The notes under the pieces were generated by a model. That model was not told where the DNA came from and did no database searches. It was given only the letters and a program-made list of their open reading frames with translations. Below, in pieces: positions 33,043-43,446 of a DNA stretch of 64,000 nucleotides. Made by a program: the position numbers and the translations under genes. The stretch is from positions 58,734-122,733 of the forward strand of contig SFFB01000019.1 of the NCBI GenBank assembly GCA_004557035.1. Reading direction: 5' to 3'. Origin of the DNA: Bacteroidales bacterium (GTDB lineage Bacteria > Bacteroidota > Bacteroidia > Bacteroidales > Bacteroidaceae). Numbering within the stretch: position 1 is the first letter of the stretch; each line of letters begins with the position of its first letter.

Positions 33043-34146
33043 ATGAGTTTACAATGTGGCATCGTCGGACTGCCCAACGTGGGCAAATCGACGCTCTTCA
33101 ACTGCCTGAGCAACGCCAAGGCGCAATCGGCCAACTTCCCCTTCTGTACCATCGAGCCCAACGTGGGCGTCATCACCGTGCCCGACGAGCGGCTCAACAA
33201 ATTGGCCGAACTGGTCCATCCCGGACGCATCGTGCCCACCACAGTCGAGATTGTCGACATCGCCGGACTCGTGAAAGGGGCCTCGAAGGGTGAAGGACTC
33301 GGCAACCAGTTCTTGGGCAACATCCGCGAGACCGACGCCATCATCCACGTGTTGCGCTGCTTCGACGACGGCAACGTGGTGCACGTGGACGGCTCGGTCA
33401 ACCCCGTGAGAGACAAGGAAATCATCGACACCGAACTCCAACTCAAAGACCTCGAGACGGTGGAAAACCGCATCAAACGCGTGGAGAAAATCGCCAAAGT
33501 GGGCGGCGACAAAAACGCCAAAACCGAATATGACGTTTTGACGGCCTACCGCGAAGCCCTCATGCAGGGACGGTCGGCACGAAGCGTGCAGTTTGAGACA
33601 GCCGACGAACAGAAAGCGGCTGCCGGACTCTTCTTGCTCACCTCCAAACCCGTGCTCTATGTGTGCAACGTGGACGAAGCCTCTGCCGCCACCGGCAACC
33701 ACTATGTCGACGAGGTGCGCGAAGCGGTGAAAGACGAGGGTGCCGAAGTGCTCGTCTTGGCCGCCCAGACCGAAGCCGACATCGCCGAACTGGAAAGCTA
33801 CGAGGAACGGCAGATGTTCCTTCAAGACGTGGGGCTCGAAGAAAGCGGTTGCAACCGCCTCATCAAGGCGGCCTACAAAATGCTCTGTCTCGAGACGTTC
33901 ATCACCGCCGGCGAAATGGAGGTGAAGGCATGGACCTACCGCCGCGGCTGGAAGGCTCCGAAATGTGCCGGCGTCATCCACACCGACTTCGAGAAGGGCT
34001 TCATCCGCGCCGAAGTCATCAAATACGACGACTATGTGCGGCTGGGTTCGGAGGCCGCCGTGCGCGAGGCCGGACTGCTCCACGTGGAAGGCAAGGACTA
34101 TGTGGTGGAAGACGGCGACATCATGCACTTCCGCTTTAATGTGTGA
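33043..34146 (+). CDS. ychF: Redox-regulated ATPase YchF
   Basis: GIVGLPNVGKST, ANFPFCTIEPN, DIAGLVKGASKGEGLGN, TGS domain ending FRFNV. Confidence 0.98.
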   Translation: MSLQCGIVGLPNVGKSTLFNCLSNAKAQSANFPFCTIEPNVGVITVPDERLNKLAELVHPGRIVPTTVEIVDIAGLVKGASKGEGLGNQFLGNIRETDAIIHVLRCFDDGNVVHVDGSVNPVRDKEIIDTELQLKDLETVENRIKRVEKIAKVGGDKNAKTEYDVLTAYREALMQGRSARSVQFETADEQKAAAGLFLLTSKPVLYVCNVDEASAATGNHYVDEVREAVKDEGAEVLVLAAQTEADIAELESYEERQMFLQDVGLEESGCNRLIKAAYKMLCLETFITAGEMEVKAWTYRRGWKAPKCAGVIHTDFEKGFIRAEVIKYDDYVRLGSEAAVREAGLLHVEGKDYVVEDGDIMHFRFNV

Positions 34147-34177
34147 CTTTCTTACAGGCAAGGAGACAAAGAGTAGG

Positions 34178-34575
34178 CTTGGCGGCCTGGCAAGCCCTGT
34201 AAGGGCGCCAAGACCATAGCCCAGGGCAGAGGCGGCACGTAGTGACGCCGGCACCCTGGGGTAAACGTGGCCCAAACAATGCGCCCTGTAAGGGCAACCG
34301 ACGACAAGGCGAGAGCAGAAGACAGGCCCCGCTTGGATTTTGCCGAGCCGCGAAGGAGGAAGACGAAGTCAAAAGATTGACAATGACACATTACCAAACA
34401 AAAAAATGCTTTTGCCCTTACAGGGCGAACATAATCGGCCACACCCACCCAGGGTGCCGCCTCGCTTCGCTCGGCTCTGCCCTGGGCTATGGTCTTCTGC
34501 CCTTTCAGGGCGTACTTGGCCACTAAAACTCTTGGCTTGCCGGGCCGCTCAAACTCTTTTAGACTCTTAGTCTCT
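34178..34575. repeat. Type A REP-like palindrome with a nested 73-bp module
   Basis: Inverted copy of 24767-25001 with a module at 34298-34370 flanked by AA. Confidence 0.9.
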
Positions 34576-34597
34576 CTTTAAACCAAACATAATCCCT

Positions 34598-35452
34598 ATG
34601 AGCCCACATTTATTATATATTGTATGGGAGCCAAGCAAAGACCTCGTGAGTCTGGGCGGCTTCACCATCCACTGGTACGGCGCCCTGTGGTGTGTCGGAC
34701 TGGTGGCGGCCTATTTCGTCATGCTGTGGCTCTATCGCCGGCAAAAAATGCCCGACGGCACGTTTGAACCCCTCTTCTACTACTGCTTCATCGGCATCCT
34801 GCTGGGCGCACGGCTCGGACACTGCCTGCTCTACGAACCCGGCTATTTCCTCTCACATCCCGTCGAGATGCTCCTGCCCATCAGGGAAACGGCCGAAGGA
34901 TGGCGCTGCACGGGCTATGCCGGACTGGCCTCGCACGGTGGCACACTGGGACTGATGATTGCCCTTTGGCTCTATGTCAGAAAAACGAAAGTCAACCTCC
35001 TGCGCGTGCTCGACAACATTGCCATCGCCACACCCATAGCCGCCTGCTGCATCCGGCTGGGCAACTTGATGAACTCGGAGATTGTGGGCAGGTACACGGG
35101 TTCGGACTTCGGCTTTGTCTTTGCCGCCAACGGCGACGTCTTGCCGCGCTATCCGGCCCAACTCTTCGAGGCCGTGGCCTATTTCGCGTTCTTCTTCGTG
35201 GGACTTTGGCTCTATCGCCGACATCGCGAGAAGGTGGGCACGGGCTTGTTTTTCGGCTGGTGTCTGACGGCCATCTTCACCTTCCGCTTCGTCGTGGAAT
35301 TTATCAAAGAGGTGCAGGAGCCTTGGGAAAAGGGTATGGTGGACACCATCGGACTCAACCAGGGACAACTCTTGAGCATCCCCTTCATCATCATCGGGAT
35401 CTATTGCCTCCTGGGAGGCAGGCTCTGCAAGAAATGGGGCGAGAAAAACTGA
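34598..35452 (+). CDS. lgt: Prolipoprotein diacylglyceryl transferase
   Basis: IHWYG, GARLGH, GLASHGG, RLGNLMNSEIVG, PAQLFEA. Confidence 0.96.
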   Translation: MSPHLLYIVWEPSKDLVSLGGFTIHWYGALWCVGLVAAYFVMLWLYRRQKMPDGTFEPLFYYCFIGILLGARLGHCLLYEPGYFLSHPVEMLLPIRETAEGWRCTGYAGLASHGGTLGLMIALWLYVRKTKVNLLRVLDNIAIATPIAACCIRLGNLMNSEIVGRYTGSDFGFVFAANGDVLPRYPAQLFEAVAYFAFFFVGLWLYRRHREKVGTGLFFGWCLTAIFTFRFVVEFIKEVQEPWEKGMVDTIGLNQGQLLSIPFIIIGIYCLLGGRLCKKWGEKN

Positions 35453-35458
35453 CCGGCC

Positions 35459-36442
35459 ATGACAACAGAAAACCCTACACAGACGGCAAAGGTGTCGGTG
35501 GTGATGTGCACCTACAACGGCATGGCTTTCTTACGCGAACAACTCGACTCGGTCATCGCAGGAGACTATCCGCTCCATGAAATCATCATCCAAGACGACG
35601 GGTCGACCGACGGCACACGCGAACTGCTCCAAGACTATGCCGCCCGACACGACAACATCCGCTTGGTATTCAACGAAAAATGCCTGGGCTTCTGCCAAAA
35701 CTTCCACTCGGCCGCCCTCAAGGCCGAAGGCGACTACATCGCCCTCTGCGACCAAGACGACATTTGGTTTCCACAAAAAATACGCCGACAGATGGAGACC
35801 ATCGGCGAGGCCGACCTCTGCATCTCGGCCTACTACACCGACCCCGAATACACAGAGCCGCTCCACATTCTCGTCAAACCGCGCACCGACTTCGAACACA
35901 TCCTCTTCTACGACTGCACGCCCGGTCACACGATGCTGATGCGACGAGACTTCCTCCACAGCATCAAGCACTGGGACTATATGATTTATTACGACTGGTG
36001 GATTTCGTTTCACGCGCTGATGGGCCGCGGCATACGACGGGTGGACGAACCGCTCAACTGGCACCGCCACTACGTCGGGTCGGCCACGACAAGGGTGAAA
36101 CAGCGCGGTCGCTGGGAGCCGGCCGACCATCCCACGTGGCAACCCTATCTCTTGGGCTATTTCCACCGCCGACATTTGCAGAAACGACAAAACTTCAACC
36201 GGCTCTACCGCTATCTGGCCGACCACATCGACGCCAACCGGCAGCCCCTGCCGGCACAAATGGCCCGGTTGATGACGAAGAAAAACATCTTCTCCACCCT
36301 GAGGCTCTGCGCCATCTGCGGCCGACACTACGACCGCGTCTATCCCGGCAATCCCACAGGGCTCAAGGGACGCATCCGAGGCTTCTTCTACCCCTTCATC
36401 TCGGCCTATGGCTGCGACCTCTTCAAACTCGAAAAACAATAA
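35459..36442 (+). CDS. GT2 glycosyltransferase
   Basis: VSVVMCTYNG, DDGSTD, CDQDDIW. Confidence 0.92.
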   Translation: MTTENPTQTAKVSVVMCTYNGMAFLREQLDSVIAGDYPLHEIIIQDDGSTDGTRELLQDYAARHDNIRLVFNEKCLGFCQNFHSAALKAEGDYIALCDQDDIWFPQKIRRQMETIGEADLCISAYYTDPEYTEPLHILVKPRTDFEHILFYDCTPGHTMLMRRDFLHSIKHWDYMIYYDWWISFHALMGRGIRRVDEPLNWHRHYVGSATTRVKQRGRWEPADHPTWQPYLLGYFHRRHLQKRQNFNRLYRYLADHIDANRQPLPAQMARLMTKKNIFSTLRLCAICGRHYDRVYPGNPTGLKGRIRGFFYPFISAYGCDLFKLEKQ

Positions 36443-36476
36443 ACAACAAGACACATACTCTCTCTCACTTTCCGCT

Positions 36477-37850
36477 ATGATCAAAAACATTGCCGTCGTG
36501 CTGGCTGGTGGCATCGGTAGCCGCCTGGGACTGAGCACACCAAAACAATTTTTCAAAGTGGCCGGCAAAACCGTCATCGAGCACACCGTCGACGCCTTCG
36601 AACGCAATGCCCACATCGACGAAATTGCCATCGTGTCAAACCCCTTCTATGTGTCGGAAGTGGAAAACATCGTCGTGCGCAGCGGATGGAAAAAGGTGAA
36701 GAAAATCCTCGCCGGCGGACGCGAACGCTACGACTCCAGTCTCTCGGCCATCCGTGCCTATGAGGGCGAAGAGGTGAACCTGCTCTTCCACGACGCCGTC
36801 AGACCCCTCGTTTCCGGACGCATCATCGACGATGTTTGCGAAGCACTCAAGACCCACGAAGCCATCGACGTCACCCTGCCGGCCGTAGACACCATCATCG
36901 AGGCCGAAGGCGACCACATTGCTGCCATCCCCGACCGCTCACGACTGCAACGCGGACAGACACCGCAGGCTTTCCGACTCTCCGTCATTGCCGAAGCCTA
37001 TCGCCGCGCACTCAAAGACCCGGCCTTCAAGGTGACCGACGACTGCGGCGTGGTGGTGAAATATATGCCCGAAGTGCCCGTCTTCCTGGTCAAAGGCGAA
37101 GAGAGCAACATGAAACTGACGTATAAAGAAGACACCTACCTGCTCGACAAACTCTTCCAGTTGCGCGGCCTCGAAATGCAAGGCGACATCAAGCCCGAAG
37201 CCGACCGCCTCACCGGCAAAGTGGCCGTCATCTTCGGCGGCAGCTACGGCATCGGACTCGACACGGCGCGGCTGCTACAGACTGCCGGTTGCCGGGTCTA
37301 TGCCTTCTCGCGCAGCCTCACCCATACCGACGTGAGCCGAATGGACGACGTCTGCCGGGCCATCGGTGAAGTGGCAGAAAAAGAAGGCCGCATCGACTTC
37401 GTCATCAACACCGCCGGCGTGCTCAACAAAGAACCGCTGGCCACCATGGACTACGACACCATCCGACGGGCCATCGACACCAACTATCTCGGCGTGGTCA
37501 ATGTGGCACTTGCCGCCCACAACCATCTGGCCAAAAGCGGGGGCAAACTCATCTTCTTCACGTCAAGCAGCTACACAAGAGGACGGGCCTTCTACAGCAT
37601 CTACTCCTCAACCAAGGCCGCCATCGTCAATTTCGTACAGGCCATTGCCCAAGAATGGGACGCCGACGGCATTGCCGTGAACTGCATCAACCCCGAACGC
37701 ACCAAGACGCCGATGCGTGTGAAAAACTTTGGCACCGAGCCCGACGACACCTTGCTCAAATCCGAAACAGTGGCCGAAGCCACCGTCGCCACCCTGCTCA
37801 CCGACTATACGGGCCAAGTCATCGACGTGAGACGGACAAACCAATCCTGA
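36477..37850 (+). CDS. Bifunctional IspD/TarI-type cytidylyltransferase fused to an SDR reductase (Bcs1/Acs1-like CDP-ribitol synthase)
   Basis: LAGGIGSR..PKQF, HDAVRP and QTPQAF, then SDR motifs GGSYGIG and YSSTK. Confidence 0.88.
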   Translation: MIKNIAVVLAGGIGSRLGLSTPKQFFKVAGKTVIEHTVDAFERNAHIDEIAIVSNPFYVSEVENIVVRSGWKKVKKILAGGRERYDSSLSAIRAYEGEEVNLLFHDAVRPLVSGRIIDDVCEALKTHEAIDVTLPAVDTIIEAEGDHIAAIPDRSRLQRGQTPQAFRLSVIAEAYRRALKDPAFKVTDDCGVVVKYMPEVPVFLVKGEESNMKLTYKEDTYLLDKLFQLRGLEMQGDIKPEADRLTGKVAVIFGGSYGIGLDTARLLQTAGCRVYAFSRSLTHTDVSRMDDVCRAIGEVAEKEGRIDFVINTAGVLNKEPLATMDYDTIRRAIDTNYLGVVNVALAAHNHLAKSGGKLIFFTSSSYTRGRAFYSIYSSTKAAIVNFVQAIAQEWDADGIAVNCINPERTKTPMRVKNFGTEPDDTLLKSETVAEATVATLLTDYTGQVIDVRRTNQS

Positions 37851-37879
37851 ATACCCTCAGACTTCACAAGAAAACAGCC

Positions 37880-38695
37880 ATGCCCACACCCCTTGAGCAA
37901 TATCTCGAAAAACATCGCCGCGAACTGCAACTCAAAGAGCTCGCCATCTTGCGCGAAATAGACCGCATCTGCCGCCAGCACGACATTGTCTACTGGCTCG
38001 ATGGCGGCACTCTGCTCGGTGCCGTGCGCCATGGCGGCTTCATCCCCTGGGACGACGACATCGACATCGCCATGCGCCACGAAGACCTGCCTCGGTTTGT
38101 CGAAGCCTGTCGGAGCGACCTGCCCGAAGGGCTCGTCATCCAGTCGCCCGAAACCGACAAAAACCTGCGTATGCCCATCTATAAGGTGCGCGACGTCAAT
38201 TCTTTTTTTGTGGAATACGACGACGACTTCCATCTCGATTATGCTAAAGGCGTGTTTGTCGACATCTTCCCGATGATAGACTATCCCTCAGTCTCACGCG
38301 GCTTTGTTAAGCGTGTGGCCGGCGGCTACAACAAAGCCAATGCCGTCTTGCTCGCCCGGCATGTCTACTCTTGGCGGTCGGTGGCCGAACTGTTTTATTT
38401 CGGGGCCAAACGCGCTTTGCTCAGTCTCAGCTGGCACACGGCCTGTCTCCTTCGCCGCCGTGGCGAATACCTCTCCAACACGCTCAACAACAACGGCTAT
38501 GGCATCATGCACCGCTCCGACAGCGTTTTCCCCGTCTGCGACATCGCATTTGAAGGCGAAAAATTCAGTGCTCCCGCCAATCCCGACGCCTATCTGCGCG
38601 ACCTCTACCGTGACTATATGAGTCTGCCACCCGAAGACAAACGCCACGGCCACGCCGTGTTTTATCTACCCGAACTCATAAGTCAAAAAGACTAA
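37880..38695 (+). CDS. LicD-family phosphotransferase
   Basis: GGTLLGAVRHGGFIPWDDDIDI, DIFP. Confidence 0.93.
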   Translation: MPTPLEQYLEKHRRELQLKELAILREIDRICRQHDIVYWLDGGTLLGAVRHGGFIPWDDDIDIAMRHEDLPRFVEACRSDLPEGLVIQSPETDKNLRMPIYKVRDVNSFFVEYDDDFHLDYAKGVFVDIFPMIDYPSVSRGFVKRVAGGYNKANAVLLARHVYSWRSVAELFYFGAKRALLSLSWHTACLLRRRGEYLSNTLNNNGYGIMHRSDSVFPVCDIAFEGEKFSAPANPDAYLRDLYRDYMSLPPEDKRHGHAVFYLPELISQKD

Positions 38696-38725
38696 GAGGC
38701 TCTTCATCTCAAAAAAACTCACATC

Positions 38726-39757
38726 ATGACCGCACCGCTTCCTCCCTTCAAGACCGACGCCGCCGTCTTGATTTTGTTCTTCAACAGGCCCCAGCCACTG
38801 AGCCGTGTGTTTGAGTCTGTGCGGCAGTCGCGACCCTCACGTCTGTTTCTCTACCAGGACGGACCGCGAGGCGAAGCCGACTTGCCGGGCATCAAGGCTT
38901 GTCGGGAGGTGGTGAGTCACGTCGACTGGCAGTGCGAGGTAAAAACCAACTTTCAGACCGTCAACCGGGGTTGCGACCCTTCTGAATATCTGGCACAACG
39001 TTGGGCCTTCTCACTGTCCGACCGCGTCATCGTGCTCGAAGACGACGACGTCGTCTCCGACTCTTTCATCCGCTTTTGTGCTGAAATGCTCGAGCGCTAT
39101 GCCGACGACGAACGCATCGGTATGATTGCCGGACTCAACGTCGACGAAAAGACTACCGACATCGGCACCGACGACTATTTCTTCACCACCAACTTCAGCA
39201 TCTGGGGCTGGGCCTCGTGGCGAAGGGTTTTCGACAAGTGGCAAGCCGACTACGCTTGGCTCGACGATTCTGTGGCCGTTTCCCGTATAGAGGCACTCAC
39301 CCGCGAGCGGCGGCTGCGCAAAGACTTTCTGCCTATGTGCCGGGCCCACAGAGCATCGGGGAAGGAGTTTTACGAAACCATTTTCCACGCTGCCCTGCTA
39401 CTTCAGGGACAATTGGCCATAGTGCCTCGTGTCAATATGATCACCAATATCGGTGTGAGCGACGACTCCACCCACTTTGCCGGCAGCCTCTCGACCATGC
39501 CGCGTGGCTACCGCCGCATCTTCACCATGGGCCGTCACACACTCGATTTTCCGCTTCGTCATCCCATCCACGTCACAGACCATGTGGCCTATCGTCAACG
39601 CGTCTACCGCATCATGGCTTGGCGACACCCTATGATTAAATTCGGCCGCAGCCTCGAAGAACTCTGGCTCAACCTGCGCTATGGCCACTGGCGCCGCATA
39701 TTCGGAGCCCTCACCGGTAGGCTTGGCATTCTTTTCAGAGGGAGAAAATTCAAATAA
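38726..39757 (+). CDS. GT-A-fold glycosyltransferase (HlpA-like annotation family)
   Basis: LFFNRP, QDGPR, IVLEDD, WGWASW, NIG. Confidence 0.8.
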   Translation: MTAPLPPFKTDAAVLILFFNRPQPLSRVFESVRQSRPSRLFLYQDGPRGEADLPGIKACREVVSHVDWQCEVKTNFQTVNRGCDPSEYLAQRWAFSLSDRVIVLEDDDVVSDSFIRFCAEMLERYADDERIGMIAGLNVDEKTTDIGTDDYFFTTNFSIWGWASWRRVFDKWQADYAWLDDSVAVSRIEALTRERRLRKDFLPMCRAHRASGKEFYETIFHAALLLQGQLAIVPRVNMITNIGVSDDSTHFAGSLSTMPRGYRRIFTMGRHTLDFPLRHPIHVTDHVAYRQRVYRIMAWRHPMIKFGRSLEELWLNLRYGHWRRIFGALTGRLGILFRGRKFK

Positions 39758-39822
39758 CACGCCATAACTCTCAGTCTCATTTTCTCTTAGACTCATTTCT
39801 CAACCCTTAACCAATAATCACC

Positions 39823-40812
39823 ATGGCAACTCCTTACATTCCCGTCGTCATCGCCATTGGCGTCATCGTGGTGCTGAGTGTGTTTTTCCACTTCGTACCC
39901 TTCTTTCTATGGCTCTCGGCCAAAGTCTCCGGTGTGAAGATTTCACTCATCCAACTCTTCCTTATGCGCATCCGCAATGTGCCGCCCGGTGTGATTGTGC
40001 CCAGCCTCATCGAAGCCCATAAGGCCGGACTGAGCCAAATCACCCGCGACAACCTCGAGGCTCATTATATGACCGGCGGCCACGTGCAGCGTGTGGTCCA
40101 TGCCCTTGTGTCAGCCTCAAAAGCCGGCATAGACCTTTCGTTTGAAAAAGCCACGGCCATAGACCTTGCCGGTCGCGACGTCTTTGAAGCCGTGCAGACT
40201 TCTGTCAATCCCAAAGTCATCGACACCCCTCCCGTTGGGGCCGTGGCCAAAAATGGCATCCAGCTCATCGCCAAAGCCCGTGTCACCGTGCGTGCCAACA
40301 TCCACCAACTTGTGGGTGGTGCCGGCGAAGACACCATTTTGGCCCGTGTGGGCGAAGGCATCGTGTCGAGCATCGGTTCGGCCGAGTCGCACGAAAAGGT
40401 GCTTGAAAATCCCGACAGCATCTCCAAACTCGTGCTCCGCAAAGGCCTTGATGCCGGTACGGCCTACGAAATTCTCTCCATCGACATTGCCGACATCGAC
40501 GTGGGCAAAAATATCGGTGCCACCCTTCAGATGGACCAGGCCGAGGCCGACAAAAACATTGCCCAAGCCAAGGCCGAAGAGCGTCGGTCAATGGCCGTGG
40601 CCTTGGAGCAAGAGATGAAGGCCCGTGCACAAGAAGCCCGTGCCGAAGTCATCCTGGCCGAGGCCGAAGTGCCCAAAGCATTGGCTCAGGCCCTCAAAGA
40701 CGGCAATCTTGGCGCCATGGACTTCTATCGCTTGGAAAATCTGAAGAGCGACACTTCCATGCGCGACAACATCTCTAAAATCAAACCCGAAGACTTCTTT
40801 GGTAAGAAATAA
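39823..40812 (+). CDS. floA: Flotillin-like protein FloA (YqfA)
   Basis: [37 protein letters not shown]. Confidence 0.93.
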   Translation: MATPYIPVVIAIGVIVVLSVFFHFVPFFLWLSAKVSGVKISLIQLFLMRIRNVPPGVIVPSLIEAHKAGLSQITRDNLEAHYMTGGHVQRVVHALVSASKAGIDLSFEKATAIDLAGRDVFEAVQTSVNPKVIDTPPVGAVAKNGIQLIAKARVTVRANIHQLVGGAGEDTILARVGEGIVSSIGSAESHEKVLENPDSISKLVLRKGLDAGTAYEILSIDIADIDVGKNIGATLQMDQAEADKNIAQAKAEERRSMAVALEQEMKARAQEARAEVILAEAEVPKALAQALKDGNLGAMDFYRLENLKSDTSMRDNISKIKPEDFFGKK

Positions 40813-40923
40813 GCGCTTAAGGCTCTGATATTTCTCATTCCATCAAAAAAACTTACGGGGATAAGAACAATGATAACCATTGCCTTATTCCCGTTTTTCT
40901 TGCCCTATTCCGGCTCCCTTTGT

Positions 40924-41466
40924 TCACCTCTCCCGCAACTGCCGCTGCATTTCCCAAAGGCATACGCCGGTGGCCACGGAGACATTGAGCGAATGTTTGG
41001 TGCCGTATTGGGGTATCTCGATGGCGCTGTCGCAAAGGTCTACCACTTCTTGGTCCACACCTTTGACTTCATGGCCCACCACAAGGGCATAGCGTCCCTC
41101 TGCTGTTGCTTGCCAGCGGTCGAGACTGATGCTCGCTTCCACTTGCTCAAGACAGACTATTTCGTAGCCTTCACGCCGTAATTGGGCCACAGCATCGGTC
41201 GTGTGGTCGAAATAACGCCAAGCCACACTGTCTTCTGCACCAAGGGCCGTTTTGTGGATTTCTACAGAAGGAGGCGTGGCCGTAATGCCACAAAGACAAA
41301 GACCGGCGAGACCGAAAGCGTCGGCCGTGCGAAAGATGGAACCCACGTTGTGCAGACTGCGCACGTTGTCGAGCACGACAACTATGGGCAACTTGTCGGC
41401 ACGCCGAAAGGTGTCGACATCGAGGCGATGAAGCTCTTCAACAGTGAGTTTGCGGCGAGTAGTCAT
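40924..41466 (-). CDS. SpoU/TrmH-family RNA methyltransferase
   Basis: VLDNVRSLHNVGSIFRTAD, GHEVKGV, SLNVSV. Confidence 0.93.
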   Translation of the reverse strand: MTTRRKLTVEELHRLDVDTFRRADKLPIVVVLDNVRSLHNVGSIFRTADAFGLAGLCLCGITATPPSVEIHKTALGAEDSVAWRYFDHTTDAVAQLRREGYEIVCLEQVEASISLDRWQATAEGRYALVVGHEVKGVDQEVVDLCDSAIEIPQYGTKHSLNVSVATGVCLWEMQRQLRER

Positions 41467-41469
41467 GGG

Positions 41470-42531
41470 TCATACGTATTGTTTGGCCTCACGCTGTCCG
41501 CGCAAGACGGCGAGAGCGTTGAGTGCCAGAGCCTCCATCTCGTCTTCACCGGGATAGAGATGGACGGGTGCCAAATAACTGATGCGCTCACAGAGACGCG
41601 AAGTGATATATTCGGAGCGGGCCATACCGCCGGTGAGGAGTATGGCATCCACCCTGCCGCAGAACACGGCACCCATACTGGCTATCCATTTGGCTGTATG
41701 ATAGACCATGGCGTTGATGAGGAGCTCGGCCTGACTGTCGCCTGCTTCGATATTCTGTATGATTTGCTTGACGTCAGTGGTACCGAGATGGGCGGCCAGT
41801 CCGGCATTGCCCGAGATGCGGCGCAAAAGTTCGTCGCAGGTGTAACGCCCGCTGTAGCAGAGGCGGATGAGGTCGGCAGGAGGGAGCGAACCGGCACGCT
41901 CGGGCGAGAAAGGACCTTCACCGTCAAGCCCGTTGTTGGCGTCGACGGCCCGGCCCTGTTTATGGGCTGCAATGGAGATGCCACCTCCCATATGGCAGAT
42001 GATGAGATTAAGATCTTCGTATTTCAAACCATTCTCTCGGGCAAAACGTCGGCCAATGGCACGCTGGTTGAGGGCATGCCAGACAGGCACTCGCGGCATA
42101 AGCGGCGAACCGCTGATGCGAGCCACGTCTTCCATCTCGTCCACCACGACTGGGTCGGCAATGAATGCCGGACATCCGCCCATCTTGAGGGCTATCTCGA
42201 AGGCGATGATACAGCCCAGATTGGCCACGTGTTGACGGGTGGCATAATACATATCATGACACATCTGACGGTTGACCACATAGACGCCGCCGCTCACAGG
42301 CTTGGCCAAACCGCCGCGGCCGATGACGGCATCAAAATGGGGTGTGACACCAAGCCGTTGGAGTTCGCTGATGACTATGTCACGACGAAACTCGCGCTGG
42401 TCGACGATGTTTTCAAACCGGGCCAATTCCTCGTAGGTATGGTGAAGGCTGCGCAAGAGCACGGGCTGCTCGTCTTCATAGACGGCTATTTTGGTGGACG
42501 TGGAACCGGGATTGATGACAAGTATTTGCAT
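41470..42531 (-). CDS. buk: Butyrate kinase
   Basis: INPGSTSTK, HALNQ, HMGGGIS, PGEDEM. Confidence 0.95.
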   Translation of the reverse strand: MQILVINPGSTSTKIAVYEDEQPVLLRSLHHTYEELARFENIVDQREFRRDIVISELQRLGVTPHFDAVIGRGGLAKPVSGGVYVVNRQMCHDMYYATRQHVANLGCIIAFEIALKMGGCPAFIADPVVVDEMEDVARISGSPLMPRVPVWHALNQRAIGRRFARENGLKYEDLNLIICHMGGGISIAAHKQGRAVDANNGLDGEGPFSPERAGSLPPADLIRLCYSGRYTCDELLRRISGNAGLAAHLGTTDVKQIIQNIEAGDSQAELLINAMVYHTAKWIASMGAVFCGRVDAILLTGGMARSEYITSRLCERISYLAPVHLYPGEDEMEALALNALAVLRGQREAKQYV

Positions 42532-42537
42532 AGACAA

Positions 42538-43440
42538 TCAAGATTGAAAGAGACAGGCCAGAAGCAGGCTGTCGTATTTGGTCTCGGCATTGTCGCCGCG
42601 CGATGAAAGGATGACGGGACAGGCGGCGCCCATCAGCATACCGGCAGTGGCACTTTGGACAAGGTAGGTCATGGATTTGTAGAAGACATTGCCCGAGACA
42701 ATGTCAGGAAAGAGCAGGGCGTCGGCACGTCCCTGAAGGGGCGAATTGATGCCTTTAATGCGAAGGGCTTCGGGGTCGATGGCGGTGCGCAGATCGAGCG
42801 GTCCGTCTATGACGACGCCGGGCCATCGACCTTCTTTTGACTCACGGACAATGTCGGCATAGTCAAGGGTGTGAGGAAATTTGTCGCTCACATGCTCTGC
42901 ACAATGCACCAAGGCGATGCGAGGCTCCACGACGCCAAGCGACCGGCACACGGCTACGAGGGCATTGATTTGTGCACGGCGCTGAAGGGGTGTGGGATGG
43001 GGAATGACGGCAACATCCGAATAGACCAAAGGTTTGTCATAGCCGGGCCATACAGACACAGCCACATGGGTGAGCACGCCGCCTGGGGGCAACAATCCCT
43101 GCTGCTTGTCGAGCACGGCTTGGAGCAATATGGGGGTTTCGACAAGGCCTTTCATCAATACGTCAGCACGGCCCTCACGAATGAGCGAAACGGCCAGACG
43201 GGCAGCCTCTCTCTCGTCGGAAGCCTCAACAAGGCTAATGCCGGGCTGAGACGCTTTCTCGCCCAAAGCCTGACGGACGGCCTCAGTAGCTCCCACGAAG
43301 ATGACGATGGCCAGCCGCTGCTCAACGGCTTTGACCGTGGCTTGAATGGTAGATTCGTCGGATCCGCACACCACGGCAATACGCCGCAGTTCGGCTTTCT
43401 CTGCAAGCAGTTTGTTTTCAAAACTTTCAAAACCGTCCAT
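42538..43440 (-). CDS. ptb: Phosphate butyryltransferase / acyltransferase
   Basis: LMKGLVET, DGPLD, GNVFYK, SSRGD; adjacent to buk. Confidence 0.9.
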   Translation of the reverse strand: MDGFESFENKLLAEKAELRRIAVVCGSDESTIQATVKAVEQRLAIVIFVGATEAVRQALGEKASQPGISLVEASDEREAARLAVSLIREGRADVLMKGLVETPILLQAVLDKQQGLLPPGGVLTHVAVSVWPGYDKPLVYSDVAVIPHPTPLQRRAQINALVAVCRSLGVVEPRIALVHCAEHVSDKFPHTLDYADIVRESKEGRWPGVVIDGPLDLRTAIDPEALRIKGINSPLQGRADALLFPDIVSGNVFYKSMTYLVQSATAGMLMGAACPVILSSRGDNAETKYDSLLLACLFQS

Positions 43441-43446
43441 AGCGTG

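Noticed and set aside
34136..34570. Short ORFs over the palindromic repeats (also 24813-25052, 45330-45599, 56411-57000, 59046-59648)
   Set aside because: Translations of repeat DNA; no HUH or DDE transposase motifs.
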